Shown: piece after piece, positions 63,583 through 64,000 of the stretch | Layout: every line of letters starts with the position of its first letter | Numbering within the stretch: the stretch's first letter is position 1 | Origin: an uncultured Gammaproteobacteria bacterium | Lineage (GTDB): Bacteria; Pseudomonadota; Gammaproteobacteria; JBGSLN01 | Length of the DNA: 64,000 nucleotides | Reading direction: 5' to 3' | Assembly (NCBI GenBank): GCA_963695245.1 | Contig: OY968770.1 | Location: 805,894 to 869,893, forward strand | Translations under genes and position numbers: made by a program | The notes under the pieces: generated by a model | Database searches by the model: none | Told to the model about the DNA's origin: nothing | Seen by the model: only the letters and a program-made list of their open reading frames with translations

Positions 63583-64000
63583 TTCTCAGTCTCATAAGGT
63601 ACAATCCCTAAACACGGTGCTGCAATTTTTTGTTTTAAAATTTGGATGTTTTCTGCCATAACTTCATAGTCAGGTAGCAGGCAATTTGCTATCCAGCCAG
63701 CAAAGGGTGCTTGTTGAAGGTGAATAGACTCAACGCTTAATAACGCATGATTAATACAGCCTAAACGAATAGCTACTACTAAAATAACCGGTATTTTTAA
63801 CTGTACTGCCAGATGTGATAATTCCTGGGTTGCATTAATGGGTACCCGAAAACCTCCTGCGCCTTCAATGATTAAGACATTCGCATTGAATTTTTTTAGT
63901 CTCTCAATCTGACTGACAATATCTGAAAGCATTATTTTTTTGCAGGCTTTTTTTGCTGCAATATGAGGCGCTATAAATTCTTTAAATACAAAAGGATTCA
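63471..64000 (-). CDS. bioD: ATP-dependent dethiobiotin synthetase BioD (partial; N-terminus beyond window end)
   Basis: ...NPFVFKEFIAPHIAA...LIIEGAGGFRVPIN...IPVILVVAIRLGCINHALLSVESI...FAGWIANC is colinear with E. coli BioD from about residue 80. The C-terminus is about 27 aa longer than usual and overlaps the birA 3' end. Confidence 0.8.
   Translation of the reverse strand, partial: NPFVFKEFIAPHIAAKKACKKIMLSDIVSQIERLKKFNANVLIIEGAGGFRVPINATQELSHLAVQLKIPVILVVAIRLGCINHALLSVESIHLQQAPFAGWIANCLLPDYEVMAENIQILKQKIAAPCLGIVPYETENHCATKVASPEENIITLPFDNFNCKLPISSKPSILPL

Overview
This 64-kb window is the chromosomal replication-origin neighbourhood of an AT-rich gammaproteobacterium. GC looks roughly 38-42% by eye. 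Gene content and order resemble Legionellales or other host-adapted gamma lineages, but I cannot place the organism reliably from sequence alone.

The conserved backbone is gyrB-recF-dnaN-dnaA (minus strand) facing rpmH-rnpA-yidD-yidC-mnmE (plus strand). The dnaA-rpmH spacer carries DnaA boxes and an AT-rich unwinding element. Further along are mnmG-rsmG-parA-parB, and two perfect parS sites sit at the 3' end of recF. Housekeeping genes fill most of the rest: hslVU, acnA, epmB/efp, ubiE-ubiJ-ubiB-tatA, dprA-smg-topA-tsaC-hemF, amgK-murU, purT, dapF, def-fmt-rsmB, an Mla/Mce-type ABC system, birA and bioD.

Three things stand out.

1. A nested-palindromic intergenic element of about 104 bp (REPIN/MITE-like) occurs 14 times as full, solo-hairpin or truncated copies. 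It sits in almost every intergenic gap. The loops of its two arms co-vary between copies, so the arms always remain exact inverted repeats.

2. A low-GC island at about 23.2-28.3 kb encodes a VgrG-like spike protein followed by a 1070-aa protein. That protein has a PPP-type (calcineurin-like) phosphatase signature split by tandem 13-15-aa repeats and an internally duplicated C-terminal module. This is a candidate secreted effector or T6SS cargo. No other secretion-system gene is in the window.

3. There are signs of gene decay: a sensor-kinase remnant, a frameshifted MarR-family gene and a 5'-disrupted P-loop gene. There is also a toxin-antitoxin-like pair with an upstream 9-bp-periodic operator.

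No rRNA, tRNA, CRISPR array or transposase gene was found. The ORF track uses TTG/GTG as starts, and several listed N-termini extend into the repeat elements; I re-set those starts.
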